The translations under genes were made by a program, and so were the position numbers. The notes under the pieces are model-generated. The model did not search any database. It was not told where the DNA came from and saw only the letters and a program-made list of their open reading frames with translations. From the IMG/VR virus record IMGVR_UViG_3300038629_000369: a stretch of 64,000 nt of DNA; one strand, 5' to 3'. Position 1 is the stretch's first letter. Every line of letters starts with the position of its first letter. Below are positions 37,952 to 49,181 of the stretch, one piece after another. This stretch comes from an uncultured virus (IMG/VR IMGVR_UViG_3300038629_000369). Its lineage: Duplodnaviria > Heunggongvirae > Uroviricota > Caudoviricetes.

Positions 37952-38539
37952 TCATCTCTCTTTTCCTTCCCCGCTTTCGATCCAGCCATCGAGCGATTCC
38001 CACAGGCCGTCACACATGCCATCACGGTGAAGCTGGCGGCGAAACTCCGCATGCTCTTTTTGGTACATCCTCAAGCGCCAATCGGCGCCAGGCTGCGCAG
38101 ACCGAGCCGAGTTGACGACGTTGGCGAGCCGGTCGGCGACCTTCACGGTGACGGCTTCTAACCATACCGATTGCTGATGTTCGGCGTCCGAGAGTTGTAT
38201 GTAGAGCAACCTCTTGCGCTCTTTGCGGTTATGCGCCTTCGGATCGCTGATGAGCTGCACAGCATTGGCGACGCGCCGATCGAACATCACAGCGAGCGTA
38301 TCGTAGGTGACGACGGTGTCCTCGATGACGTCGTGCAGGAAGGCGATCACCATGAGCTGCTCGCGCTTTTTCGACGTCTCTGCGATGTCTCCGTACGCTG
38401 CGGTGGATGACCGGTAGAGGGGCGCCACGAGCTGCGCCACCTGCTCCAAGTGGTACATGTATGGTCCGTCGCCATAGAGCTGCCGGGCGTGAGCGCGTCG
38501 AGCAAACTCTTTGGCGAAAGCGATGTCGTCGATGATCAT
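37952..38539 (-). CDS. HD-domain hydrolase (RelA/SpoT hydrolase, Mesh1-like)
   Basis: AH..Q.YG..PY..HL..V, FLHDVIEDT and VKVADRLAN motifs. Confidence 0.8.
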   Translation of the reverse strand: MIIDDIAFAKEFARRAHARQLYGDGPYMYHLEQVAQLVAPLYRSSTAAYGDIAETSKKREQLMVIAFLHDVIEDTVVTYDTLAVMFDRRVANAVQLISDPKAHNRKERKRLLYIQLSDAEHQQSVWLEAVTVKVADRLANVVNSARSAQPGADWRLRMYQKEHAEFRRQLHRDGMCDGLWESLDGWIESGEGKER

Positions 38540-38864
38540 GGCGATTCCTTTTCCGGCAGCGGCTCCCAGTAAACGAGCCCGCACAGCTTGCACATCCGGA
38601 CGGCGATGATGTTGTTGATGGTGGCCGCGCTCACCGGCGGCGGCATGTTTGCCACAATAAACCCGACGCCCTCTGGCTCTTTTGGTTGCGGGAACACGAG
38701 CGGCTCGTGAACGCCGCCGCTCTCGCCACAGCGCGGCCGCAGCGGCGGCTCGACGTGCTTGACACCGTTGTAAAACGCGGTGGTTATGAGTGTCTTGCCG
38801 CAGTAGCAGCAGTTGCGACACTCATCGCGCACACACTTGTCGTTTCCAGACATGCAGCCGCAGC

Positions 38865-39263
38865 TCACAGCGTGATCTCCTGACGTCGCTTACGCTCGCG
38901 CTCGATAGCGTCGGCGCATTTCATCCAATCCTCCCGGTGCATCACGTGCATCGACAGAAAGCAGGGCATCCCATTGATGGCACGCGGCAGCGCCTTGTCG
39001 GTGTATTCGTAGATGATCCCGAGTTGGCTGCACGCCTCGACGGTCCAGTTGGCGCTCGCTCCGAACGCAAGCGGCATGAACACGAGCGCCATGGTTTCTT
39101 CCCAGCGATGTGGCGCCCTCTGTTGCACGTGCTGATCGCTGAAAATTCTGCCATCGCACCAATCCAGCACGAACCTGAGCATATCTTCTTCTGACATGCG
39201 AGCGATGCCGAGCGTGCGGCTGAGCTGATCATGAGCTGCGCTCTGAAATTCCTCGCTGGTCAC
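38865..39263 (-). CDS. Hypothetical protein
   Basis: 132-aa ORF, GAGGG RBS, overlaps neighbours. Confidence 0.55.
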   Translation of the reverse strand: MTSEEFQSAAHDQLSRTLGIARMSEEDMLRFVLDWCDGRIFSDQHVQQRAPHRWEETMALVFMPLAFGASANWTVEACSQLGIIYEYTDKALPRAINGMPCFLSMHVMHREDWMKCADAIERERKRRQEITL

Positions 39264-39549
39264 CCCTCAATATCCTCCACTAACGCACCGAGCGCGTGCA
39301 TCGGGTCGGGCAACCGGGTGCCGACGTGTTTGACGCCGCCCTTCGTCACTGACGCCTGCCAGCCCCAGTTTCCCTCCGACGAGCGGCCAAACGATACGGC
39401 GATCTGACTCTCGGCCACGTCGAGTCGGCTAGCGGTCTTGCTGACCATCTGTTGCAACGTGAAGTTGACGCCCCTCATGGCCGCCATCGCAACCTGAATG
39501 CCTGCGCCCATCCACTCGATCGTTTTCTGTCCCATGTCGATTTCCATGT

Positions 39550-39870
39550 CTATCCCTCCACCACGTGTGGGTACTTTTGCAGAGCCTTGTCGCTCGGGTT
39601 GTCGTCGACTGCGACCCAACCGATGCCTACCCAGTCGTACAGCTTGCCATCCATGATGACGGCCTCGGGAAGCTTGTCGCTGTTACAGAACGCCAGACGT
39701 GACAGCTTCGAGCGCTTGATCGTTTTGCGCTTCTTCGGCTTCTTTGACGGCAGCACGCGGTGATCGCAATAGCGACACACCTTCGTGCCATCGCCGAAAT
39801 ACGGAAATCCACGCGAATGGTAGAAGCCCTTTTTGCCGCATCCGGGGCACACCTCAAACGCCTTGGCCAT
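39550..39870 (-). CDS. Zn-ribbon protein
   Basis: CPGC...CRYC. Confidence 0.5.
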   Translation of the reverse strand: MAKAFEVCPGCGKKGFYHSRGFPYFGDGTKVCRYCDHRVLPSKKPKKRKTIKRSKLSRLAFCNSDKLPEAVIMDGKLYDWVGIGWVAVDDNPSDKALQKYPHVVEG

Positions 39871-40272
39871 CAGCTCGTTCCTTTCGCGCGCAGCACGTAC
39901 TGCTCGTTGTCTTTCTCGGTGCAGGTGCGGCAGAGCACCTCACTCCCTGCGCCGAATGGCTTGTGCTTCCGCGTGTAGCCATCCGGCAGCGGGTGCTCGT
40001 GCTCGACGGCGTATCGTCCGTCGATGTGCGGCACCGCCGCCTCGAACTCACAGCGCTCAGGACAGCGCGAGCACACGGCGACCAGTTTGAACAGAACAGG
40101 CATCGGAATCCCCTACTTCGGCAACAGGTGCCAGATCCTCATGGTGAATGAGTAGACGACGACGCCGCAGAGCACGACGAGCAGGCCGATGCACAGCTCT
40201 TTGAAGCCACGCATCTGGTGCTCCCATGCCTTCATGCGGTGTTCCTTGGCAATGGCTCGCTGCACTTCCACG

Positions 40273-40800
40273 TCAACCTCCTGGCTCTGATCCATCGCTG
40301 TACTCGCTGTGAGAGCGCTCATGAGCGCTGTGAGGGCGCTGGATGACGGGTAGTTGCCGCTTTGAGCGTTCCAAAAGAGCTGTATGCAGCTTCTCGCGGA
40401 TGGCTTCGGGCCCCGCGATGAGCGTTCGGCGCTCTTTTTCCATGAGCAGCACCGGCACCCGCTCGCCGATGGTCTCGACGTATCTTGCGACGCGGTCGCC
40501 CGTTGCCGTGCCTTTCTGGATGCCTGGAAAGACGTGAGTCAGCTGCACGAACTCGCCAAAGAAGTCCGAGTAGGCCGCCGTGAACACGGCGTGCAGCCGG
40601 TCGGGGCGGTCCTCGGGGTCGGGCAGAATGCCCTCCAGCCATAGGCACTCGTACGCCATGCACGCAAGGGGCCGCTCCGAGTAGATGGCGCAGCCCGCCG
40701 CCGACTGGTGCCGACAGTCCTCGAAATCAGGTTTCTGGATTTCTGAAACACCGAGATTGGTGCAGCACGCGGTGCACTCGCCGCAGGTACGTTCACTCAT
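40273..40800 (-). CDS. CxxCxxCC (YkgJ-like) metal-cluster protein
   Basis: CGECTACC...CRH...CAIYSERPLAC..Y.C.W. Confidence 0.7.
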   Translation of the reverse strand: MSERTCGECTACCTNLGVSEIQKPDFEDCRHQSAAGCAIYSERPLACMAYECLWLEGILPDPEDRPDRLHAVFTAAYSDFFGEFVQLTHVFPGIQKGTATGDRVARYVETIGERVPVLLMEKERRTLIAGPEAIREKLHTALLERSKRQLPVIQRPHSAHERSHSEYSDGSEPGG

Positions 40801-41334
40801 AAGATTTTCTCCACGTCCGCAAATTCTTTTCCCCTCTGCTTGTGGAGCACCGCTAGGCAGCCATCACAGAGAGACATGCTGCCGTGCAAGCCGTCTTCAC
40901 CGGGCTCGCGCTCCGTGACGATGACCGTCGGCTTGTTCCCGCAACGTACGCGGTAGCCGTTCTTAGGGTCGCCGATGGGGCCGCCCATGGTGAACGGACC
41001 ATTGCCTGGTTTGTCGCACTGGCAGCGGTTGCGATCGGGTGGCGTCAACTCTTTCGCCGGCTCAGTCATCGGTTGACCTGACCGGCGAGCAGCAGCACCG
41101 CGAGCACTTCTGGAATACCTCTCCCCGCGTTGTTGGCCCGTATTTCGTAGAGGATGTCACCACGCCTGAGCACAGGCACCTGGCGCCACGCTTCGATTGC
41201 GTCACACAGCGCTGGACTAGCATTGAGCTTTTTCAGCTTCGCCTCGTCGCACTCGCTGCACCCCATGTCGCCGGTGGCCTTGACGATGTACCAGTCTTGC
41301 ATCGAGTGCCGGCAGTTTTCGGGTCGCTTATCAG

Positions 41335-41643
41335 TCATCGCCTTACCTTCGCGTTCGGGTACTTCTCCAGCACCTGGGTTCGCGCGCCAACACGGTCGGC
41401 TGAACGCAACATGAAGTCGACGGTCCCCTCGACGTTGGCGCACCAGTAGAGCGGTTTATCGTGACCGAAGTAGGTGCCGTTGGTGTCGTAGCCGCCTGAG
41501 TCGAGATACGCGCGGCGCAAGTGCAGACGACCCGCGTAGTCCTTTGGCGCATCGACAACGGTGGGACGGCCCATCGCTGCGCCGCGCTTCGGATCACCGC
41601 ACCAACCACGCGGGTCGTGCTTGCTGTAATCAGGTCGAGCCAT
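41335..41643 (-). CDS. Phage-type hypothetical protein
   Basis: LDSGGYDTNGTYFG...PLYW motif; GGGAG RBS. Confidence 0.55.
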   Translation of the reverse strand: MARPDYSKHDPRGWCGDPKRGAAMGRPTVVDAPKDYAGRLHLRRAYLDSGGYDTNGTYFGHDKPLYWCANVEGTVDFMLRSADRVGARTQVLEKYPNAKVRR

Positions 41644-41832
41644 CGTCGGCTCCCGAGGGGTGCTGCGCCACCAATTTGTCAAAGCAGGTGCCGCACACTC
41701 TTATGCGCTGCGACATGTTGCTTTTCGTGCTGCGCATAAACTTGAGCACGTAGATCAGGTCGCCGGGGTGGCGGTCAGCCGTACACGCATTGCAGTCGCC
41801 GCCATTTACGACAGTGGACTTCGTTACGGTGA

Positions 41833-42414
41833 TCATGTGCTGGAATCTCCAAACGTTGATTTGATTTCGTCGACGATGGCTCCGCGTGCTCTGTTAACTT
41901 CGTGCTGCTTGGCTTCGAGCCTCTTGTGTTCTTCGTCGAGCGTCCTCAGCCGAGTCATAAACTCGCGCACTGTGGCCGTCGTCTCGGGCGTTACCGCCAC
42001 AAGCAGCTCCTTGTCGCGCTTCGACAGCGTATCGATCGACTGTCCGGTATTGACCGGAGCAGAAACGCTGTAGTCATCGTCCATGCTGAGCGGAAAGCAG
42101 CGACGCTCCGGCTCCGGCTCATTTTGGCCGTAGCGAAGCTTTACGCCTTCGACGACAACAGGCTCACTTACCGCTATGGCCTCGACACTGAACGAGTACC
42201 TGAGACTGAATTTGTAGAAAGCCTCATAAGGCAACTCGTCATGTCTGGCCGCCCCCGCATGAAGCACGACCTTGAGCGATTCGTACGACTTAGATCCGTA
42301 CGTCGTGCCGTCCATATCGGCCTCGAACTTGCCGCTCGGATGGTCGATTTTCACGATGACGTCACGAACACGCTTGCCGCCGTCAATCTGAATTTCGTCA
42401 AACTTACGCGCCAT
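41833..42414 (-). CDS. Hypothetical protein
   Basis: 193-aa ORF with AGGAGG upstream. Confidence 0.55.
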   Translation of the reverse strand: MARKFDEIQIDGGKRVRDVIVKIDHPSGKFEADMDGTTYGSKSYESLKVVLHAGAARHDELPYEAFYKFSLRYSFSVEAIAVSEPVVVEGVKLRYGQNEPEPERRCFPLSMDDDYSVSAPVNTGQSIDTLSKRDKELLVAVTPETTATVREFMTRLRTLDEEHKRLEAKQHEVNRARGAIVDEIKSTFGDSST

Positions 42415-42700
42415 CAGCCGGTCGCCTCCTTTGCCACCTTCGTCTCGCGCTCATCCTGGTCGTGGATGATGAGCCCGGTAAGGATGGCGATCTGGTTGTC
42501 ATCCATCTTGGCGCATTCCTCGCGGATGAGGTCACACGCGGCTTTGAAGTCTGCTTCGTTCATGTACTTTGGATCTCCGTGCTGGTCCTGCCAGCTAGCA
42601 ACGCAGTGTGTCGAGCAAAACTCATGTCCCTCGTCGCCGGCGCCGACTGTCTCTCCGTTGAGTACGGGAACTTCACAGTAGTTGCAGTCGACGTAGCAGC

Positions 42701-42955
42701 TCACGCCGCGTGCTCCTGAAACTGGAAGTAAAGGCGGGGGTGGTGCTGGAACATGAGCGATCCCTTTTGGCCATCGCTCTTGCGCTTCACGATGCACAGC
42801 GGCGCGCCGAAGCCGAGAACCTCGAAGCGCTCACGCATCTCGTCGGTCGACCACACGTCGCCGTAGGCGGCTTCGAGCGCTACGCGGTCGCGTGGCTGGC
42901 TGTTGATGTCGCCGACCATCTTACGGCGCTTGGATTCGGTTGGGTCATGAGTCAT
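42701..42955 (-). CDS. Small phage-type hypothetical protein
   Basis: AGGAG RBS; VWST.EM...FEV.GF.AP...RKSDG.KGSL.FQH.PR.YF. Confidence 0.6.
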   Translation of the reverse strand: MTHDPTESKRRKMVGDINSQPRDRVALEAAYGDVWSTDEMRERFEVLGFGAPLCIVKRKSDGQKGSLMFQHHPRLYFQFQEHAA

Positions 42956-43721
42956 CGGTATTCTCCTGTTTAGGGACGACGAGCGGTTTCGCTAACGCCG
43001 CAGCGGGATCGAGAAAGTCGGGATGCTCAGGATCAAGCATCTCGGATAGGTCACGGGCTACAGTGGCACCCACGACGTCGGCAACCGTGTCGCACACGCT
43101 AGATGACTCCTGTTCGAGTTGTTGTTTGAGTTGCGCCACCAGACGCGGCCAGAGACGCTCACAGAACGCCGTGATGGCTGCGCTGGGGTTGTAGACTGCG
43201 AATTCGTATGCGTCGGCGTAGCTCGTTTCCTTCATCCACTCGCCGAAGTCGTGCTCACTGAACAGACTGCTCTCGCAAAGAAGGTCCCACTCCGACCGCG
43301 CCGCATCGCGGCTGAGCGCGCCGCTTTTTCGGTCCTCGATGATGGTCTCTTTGATGTGCTTGATCGTCGCGTTCTCGTTGTAGTGCTTAGAGGAATCGAG
43401 CTTGCCCGTCAGGTAGCCCTGGTCACAGGTGCATAGGAACGAGCGGATGTCGCGTTCGCCAATGCTCGACCATTTGAATGCGTAGTTTCCGTAGTCGGTG
43501 ACGCACGTCATCATGCCCGAGCTGTCGATGAGGAAGATCCCCCACCCGCTGAACTTGTCCGCCTCGGGCGGCACGGTGTAACGCCACAGCGTAATGGGCT
43601 CGGCTGGCAACGCGATCACCGCGTCCCAGAGACGCAGCGACGGCAACGTACTCCACTTGGAGCGGGCGCCATGAGCGGCCCACTCGCGGGCGAGGCGCGC
43701 CAGCTCGTTGAGGGTCGTCAT
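42945..43721 (-). CDS. Hypothetical protein
   Basis: ATG 43721 overlapping the upstream stop codon; TDYGNYAF.W motif. Confidence 0.55.
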   Translation of the reverse strand: MTTLNELARLAREWAAHGARSKWSTLPSLRLWDAVIALPAEPITLWRYTVPPEADKFSGWGIFLIDSSGMMTCVTDYGNYAFKWSSIGERDIRSFLCTCDQGYLTGKLDSSKHYNENATIKHIKETIIEDRKSGALSRDAARSEWDLLCESSLFSEHDFGEWMKETSYADAYEFAVYNPSAAITAFCERLWPRLVAQLKQQLEQESSSVCDTVADVVGATVARDLSEMLDPEHPDFLDPAAALAKPLVVPKQENTDDS

Positions 43722-44422
43722 TGTTTCATGGCCTCCTGGCACACGTAGATGACGACGTACGCCAGGTAGCCGGCATCGTTCTCTTGCCCGAGGCGCTCGT
43801 TGATGGTGCCCATGTTGGGGTCGATGATCTTCTCTTGTATCTCGCGCTTGGCAGCCGCCTGATCCGGCGCGTGCTCGTAAATGGCAGCGGCTTGACCAAT
43901 CTGCTGGTCGGTCAGAAAGTCGGTCAGCTTGATCGTCTTGGTCATTTGGTCCAATCGCCCGGCGATGATGCCGTCCATGGTGATGTTGTCCACCTCGTCT
44001 TGGCTCACCCCTGCCGTCAGCGCTTCGCGCCGAGCGCGACGCAGGGAGAGCAGGATCCACTCGTCGAGCAGCCCGCGCTCATCGCAGGAGCCTGCGCGCG
44101 AGGCAGCGGTCCAAACGCGACGCCAGTAGCGCGGCCTCATCATCCAACGCACAGCGGGCTCCACGATGGCGTTCACGACTCAGTTTTTAGGCGTGAGCGC
44201 GTGGATGCAGCCCTGTTGCGCGTCGATGATGTTTTGGGTCGCGCTGACCATCGTTTCGATCTTCACCGCAATGTCAGGCGCGCGGCCTTTGCGTAATGAC
44301 ACAGCGGCCATCTTCATGTGCAACAGCGATCGACGCCATAGCCCTATCACCGTCGTCAGTTCGGTGAAAGCTGTGAGCATGTGCGCCCGACGAGCGTCGC
44401 GTATTTGTCGTACTTGTCCCAT

Positions 44423-45103
44423 TTAATTCAGATCCTTGTCTGGTGTTGTGGCCACCCGTCGCGCCAAATCCTCACGGACTGGCTCCGGCGCACCACAGCC
44501 TCCCCGTTCGTGGGCTTTGATGATCTGCCGAATGAACTTGACGACCAGATGGCTACACAGCCCGCTGAACGTCACTTCGAGCGGTCCAAAATCGTCTTCG
44601 TCGAGATGATCTGTCGGACGCACCGTGAACCGCGCCGACGATGCGCCGAATGCGTTGGTGATGTGGTCAGCGCCATCCTGAGCGTAATCGAGAAGGGCCT
44701 GACTAGCGTAGACCGGTAACCCCTCAGCCACGACGTTCGCGATGCGCTTGGCCAGTCGCAGTATGTCGAACCCAGCAGCTGGCTCAGTGGCGCGACGGAA
44801 CGTGCCCACCTCGCCGTCTTCGGGATCGACGAAACCGTAACGCAGCTCCAGCCTGTTGATGAGCGAGCCACCGGCATTGAGCGCCTTGACCGCCAGCTCG
44901 ATGATGATTCCATCGACGATCACCGTCTCGGTAAGCTCATCGGCGGGAGCGCGACGCTGACGCTGTTTGACACTCGGTGTGTGCTCGACGGTGTGCTCGG
45001 TGGTGTCCAGCTCCTGGCACAGCGCGTCGATGAGAGCGGCGCGACGGCGACGCAGCTCATCGGGTAGATCCTTCATTGCAACTATCTCGATGTTCAGCTT
45101 CAC
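44423..45103 (-). CDS. Hypothetical protein
   Basis: 226-aa ORF with overlap packing. Confidence 0.5.
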   Translation of the reverse strand: MKLNIEIVAMKDLPDELRRRRAALIDALCQELDTTEHTVEHTPSVKQRQRRAPADELTETVIVDGIIIELAVKALNAGGSLINRLELRYGFVDPEDGEVGTFRRATEPAAGFDILRLAKRIANVVAEGLPVYASQALLDYAQDGADHITNAFGASSARFTVRPTDHLDEDDFGPLEVTFSGLCSHLVVKFIRQIIKAHERGGCGAPEPVREDLARRVATTPDKDLN

Positions 45104-45735
45104 GGCTTGCCTTTCCGGTGACGGCCTTTTTCGACCATCAGTTGGTTGTCGAGTGGGATGAGAGCGCTTTCGTTCAACTTGTCGAGCATGGCGTAGATGT
45201 CAACCGCGTGCTCGCCGTCGCAGCCCATGGTGCGTGGGTCAAGGTTGGCAATCCAGACGAGCTGCATGAAGCTCACGTCGCCGGGCTCGTAGCCCTCGTC
45301 AGCAAGGTGCCCCTGGAGACTGAGAATTTCCTCCATCCACTTCCAGGCAGCCGTCGGCAACATGCGCGGTGTGATGTTGACGACGCGCTCCGTGTCGAAC
45401 ACCGGCGCTTCGCCTTGCAGAGCACGGCGCAGCTCGCTGCCACCCTCGTCGTAGTGATCGCTGACGCCGACGTAGAGGTAGGGCTCGACGCCCTCGAACG
45501 CCCAGCGCGTGGGGTCGAGCACGCGGCCGTCCACCAGCTCCACCCAGCCGTGCTGCACGAAGCCAGGACGCCCCGAGAACAGCGTGTCCGGCGCCACTGG
45601 CCCCAGGTAGTGACCGTAGACGGCAGTGGCGCCATCGACGAGCGGAGCGGCGGCGGCGGCCACTTCGGCGCAGCGACCTGCCCAGTCCACGGCGGGAGAG
45701 CCGAGCGCTTTCTCTATTTCTGAAATTGTGATCAT
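45100..45735 (-). CDS. Transglutaminase/papain-fold-like protein
   Basis: Candidate triad: C (GRCAEVA), H (QHGWVEL), D (VLDPT). Confidence 0.45.
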   Translation of the reverse strand: MITISEIEKALGSPAVDWAGRCAEVAAAAAPLVDGATAVYGHYLGPVAPDTLFSGRPGFVQHGWVELVDGRVLDPTRWAFEGVEPYLYVGVSDHYDEGGSELRRALQGEAPVFDTERVVNITPRMLPTAAWKWMEEILSLQGHLADEGYEPGDVSFMQLVWIANLDPRTMGCDGEHAVDIYAMLDKLNESALIPLDNQLMVEKGRHRKGKP

Positions 45736-46030
45736 GACTTTCGTCCCTTCCCCAGAAATAGCGTCGAGTCGCCACTTGGATGAATGCTCACCGTGGCGTA
45801 GACCGTAGCTCGCTTGCTTTTGATACGGCCCAGAAGCGCTACCGCATCGTCCCGGCTAATCGGCGCGAGCAGTGGGTCGGCGCCGATCGACATCGACACC
45901 CACAGCCAAATCTCGGTGGCCTCTGTCGCGAGAGTTTTCGCCTGCGCAACGCCACAGCGGGTCGACACCGACTTGTAATTTTCAATCGTCACAACAGGAA
46001 GGTCATTGATGCCGTTTACTTCTTGGTTGC

Positions 46031-46765
46031 TCATTCGGAATTGCCCTCCATGGCTTCGATGACTTCAGCAACGACGGCGAGGTTTCCGGGGTGACGCTCC
46101 CAGCCGCTCGCCGTCACGTAACTGGTGTCGCCCGGCTTGGCCTCGTAGAGCAAAAGGGCGCCCTCGGGTCCTGTGAGCACGCACAGCTCGTCGCCACTCT
46201 GAAACCGGCGCGTAGCTGGCACTACGACGATGGGGGGCAACTGGATTCCCTTGTGCGGCCGGCTCATCTGGCCGGCGCTGCTGTCCACGAGCCATTTGTT
46301 GTTGACCACGGCCACCAAGTGGCCAGGCCAGCCGTTCGGCTTGACCTGTTTACCGGTCTCGATACGGACGCCCCAGGCGCCATTGTCGTAGGCTTCGTCG
46401 ACCTCGGCTTCGGTCAAGCTGCCGCGGTGCTTTTCGATACAGTCGACCAGGATCTTATTGTGGGCCACGCAGCTCACGCTGAGCGGCTGCGCACTGACCC
46501 CAAAGTGGGCCATGACTTCGACCAGCACGCGCGTGGCGTTGATGCAGCAGTCTTTGGTGAAGTGACGCGGGAACACCTCGGCAGCGTGCTCGACGTAGGT
46601 GTCGATGACGGACCTGGCTTTCTCGATGCGCTTTCGTTGACGCTTCGTCTGCCGCCTTGGCTTGCGTTTCCGTCTTGGCATCACCACGGATCCTCTCTTA
46701 CTCATCATCTCTCTCTTGTTGGTCGTAGCCCGTTGATGTTCATTGGGCCTGGGTGATCTTTCCAA
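46031..46765 (-). CDS. Second transglutaminase-like protein (start probably near 46705)
   Basis: Candidate triad: C (DCCINAT), H (GHLVAV), D (LVDSS). Confidence 0.4.
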   Translation of the reverse strand: MERSPRPNEHQRATTNKREMMSKRGSVVMPRRKRKPRRQTKRQRKRIEKARSVIDTYVEHAAEVFPRHFTKDCCINATRVLVEVMAHFGVSAQPLSVSCVAHNKILVDCIEKHRGSLTEAEVDEAYDNGAWGVRIETGKQVKPNGWPGHLVAVVNNKWLVDSSAGQMSRPHKGIQLPPIVVVPATRRFQSGDELCVLTGPEGALLLYEAKPGDTSYVTASGWERHPGNLAVVAEVIEAMEGNSE

Positions 46766-47765
46766 TCGTCAAGGTCGTCAACGCAACGACACGGGCGCGC
46801 CGAGCAGTGCTCGCAGACGTAGGTTCCGGCGCACTCTGAGCATTCCCAACCACCACCAGGGGCTGGAGTCAAAGGCTCGAAGTCTTCGCCGCACCAACAG
46901 CAAAAGACTTCAATCGTAGGGCCTTCGTGTTCGCTCATTTTGTCCTCTTGTGCCAGCGCCACACCTCGGTGATGTCGCTGCGGCTGATACGTTTGGTCTT
47001 CGGCTTGAAGCCTTTGGGTTGGTCGACGACGACGTTGGTCTTGGTGACACTGGCGGCAAAGCGCGTGTGCCTGCGGCCCTCATCCACGTAGACGATGGCG
47101 TCGCCGGATTGCACGTCGGCAATCGGCACCGGATGGTAAATCCGGTTGCGTAGTTTGAGGGTGGGCTCGGTCACAGGGCGTCCTCTAGGCGCTTGAACAG
47201 CGCCTGTACCTCGCGCTTGGATGTGGGCAGCGGAATAGCCTCCACCGGCAACGGTTGGTCTGGCCCCACAATGAACCCACAGGGCTCGTTGGGGATGTCT
47301 TCGGCGTGCTCGTCGAGCACGGTGCCGAGCGCGGCGGCTTCGTCGTCAGCGCGCACGACCACACTCTGTTCGACGCCTGAACAATTCAGAAACGTCACCT
47401 TGAACTTGTGTCTCGCCATTACAGCGCCCCTCGTTCCTTGAGCCGGGTGAGCGAGCGGTCAGCGATCTCTTTTGCCGCCTCGATGGCTTCATCCGTGTCG
47501 GCATAGTCAGCCACCAAAACGATGTCGCTTTGACCCGAGCCGCACAGCCTGGTTTTCCAGCCGATGGTGGCCGGCTCGTGGCAGTTCTGATAGCCGCCAC
47601 ACCAGCGGTTAACCTCTGCGACAACTTCGCCAATGCCGTTCTTCCGCTCGTAGTTCATGGGATGACTGCCGTCCGTTTCCCACTCGCCAACCAGCTCGGC
47701 GAGCGTCTCGCGCAGGGCCGTGATCTTGTCGTTCGTCGATGTCATGTTTCCTCTTTTCGGATGTA

Positions 47766-48173
47766 TCAACCTTGCCGCGGGCAGTAGCTCCACGGATGAG
47801 CTTCACAGATGCGCACGATCTCTTTGATGTCGTCATCAGTGAAGCCGTCTTCGATCAGGCCGCTCACGATGAAGGCGTGCTCTTTCATGCCGCACCAACG
47901 CTGAAAGCCAGCATCGAGGTCGGCGTGCCACCAGTTGTCGTCGTCTTCGGCGTTGTCGTCGGAGTACGTCGCCGCGAGCACCGGCATGGCGTCGATGGCG
48001 GCAGCCAGCTTGCCGAGCGAGCCGCCGTCGCTGGCCTGGGTCCAGCTGGCCTCGACCAATTCACCGTTCTCGAAGCGCTGTTCCTTCAGCACGGTGGGAT
48101 CCTTGCGCCAAACGGTGAGTAGGCCGTCGTCGGCCACCTTCGCGGTGAAGTTGGTGCCGTGAAACTCTTTCAT
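47766..48173 (-). CDS. Hypothetical protein
   Basis: GAGGA RBS; overlap with the upstream gene. Confidence 0.5.
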   Translation of the reverse strand: MKEFHGTNFTAKVADDGLLTVWRKDPTVLKEQRFENGELVEASWTQASDGGSLGKLAAAIDAMPVLAATYSDDNAEDDDNWWHADLDAGFQRWCGMKEHAFIVSGLIEDGFTDDDIKEIVRICEAHPWSYCPRQG

Positions 48174-48421
48174 GCTTGGTCCTCGCTGGCCGCAACAATG
48201 AAACTCAACTTTTCCGCGGTGTCGCTTGTTACCAAATAACGATCGCGCGCGTCGGACAGCTGTCCCAGCTCCCGGTGAAACGGGGCGGCATGCTTGCCGT
48301 CGCGCACGGCGATGTGCAACTTGTCTAGGGCTTCGTGTAGCTGATCGATACGATCCATCAGCTCAGACGCTGCCTCGCCCTGAGCGCGTCTTGCTTGCTC
48401 TGCCTCGAATCGCAGGTTCAT
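48170..48421 (-). CDS. Hypothetical protein; ATG lies 14 nt after the repeat motif
   Basis: 83-aa ORF. Confidence 0.55.
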   Translation of the reverse strand: MNLRFEAEQARRAQGEAASELMDRIDQLHEALDKLHIAVRDGKHAAPFHRELGQLSDARDRYLVTSDTAEKLSFIVAASEDQA

Positions 48422-48452
48422 GCGTCATCCTCCGTCGCGGTTGCCCGTTGCT

Positions 48453-48911
48453 TCATAGTTGTTTCAGATGCTCCGTGATGATGTAGGCCGCCTCTGACGA
48501 GTCAGCGCGTTCCATGATCTGAAAACGCTCGTCCACCGCATCGGGGTCGGAGCGCTTCACCCAGCACTGCTCGGTGTAGTTGTAGGGGGTCATGCCGCCC
48601 AGGATGCGGCCCTCAATGGTGACGATGTCGGTGCAGAAGTTGACGCCATCCTCCTCGCCGTCGTGCTGCTCGCTCTCGACGATCTTGAACGTGACGTCGA
48701 CACCTTCCATGTCAGCGCCTTCTTCTTCGTCCGCCACCTGCTCCGCTGTCTGGACGGTGAACGTCCAGCGGAACTCGTCGTCGGCAGAGCAGCAGTACCC
48801 TTCGCTGACAGTCAGCTCGATGTCGTCATCGTCGATGAGCAACTCACGAATCGAGTTGAGCAGTCTGACTATGCGCGACTCGTACTTGTCCTTGATCTGT
48901 TCTGGCGTCAC
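48453..48911 (-). CDS. Acidic hypothetical protein
   Basis: 152-aa ORF, GGAGG RBS. Confidence 0.55.
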   Translation of the reverse strand: MTPEQIKDKYESRIVRLLNSIRELLIDDDDIELTVSEGYCCSADDEFRWTFTVQTAEQVADEEEGADMEGVDVTFKIVESEQHDGEEDGVNFCTDIVTIEGRILGGMTPYNYTEQCWVKRSDPDAVDERFQIMERADSSEAAYIITEHLKQL

Positions 48912-49181
48912 GGCTTCACCTCCACTCCGGCCACCCGCAGAGCGAGCCGCAGCTCACGCAGAGCGTAACCGTCGCGCACGAGGTCGGAGATGGTGTCGAG
49001 TAGCTCGATCGTCTCAAGAGCTGTCAGTGGTCGCGACTCCTTTTCGGCCAAGATGTCGCGACGATGTATCTGATTCGAGCGCTCGCCGTCGCCGTCGCAC
49101 GAGTAAAAGCACAGCACGCGCTTTTCGTTACGAATAAAAAGCGCGCAGCCGATACACCCGCATTCGTATTTCCTGAACATG

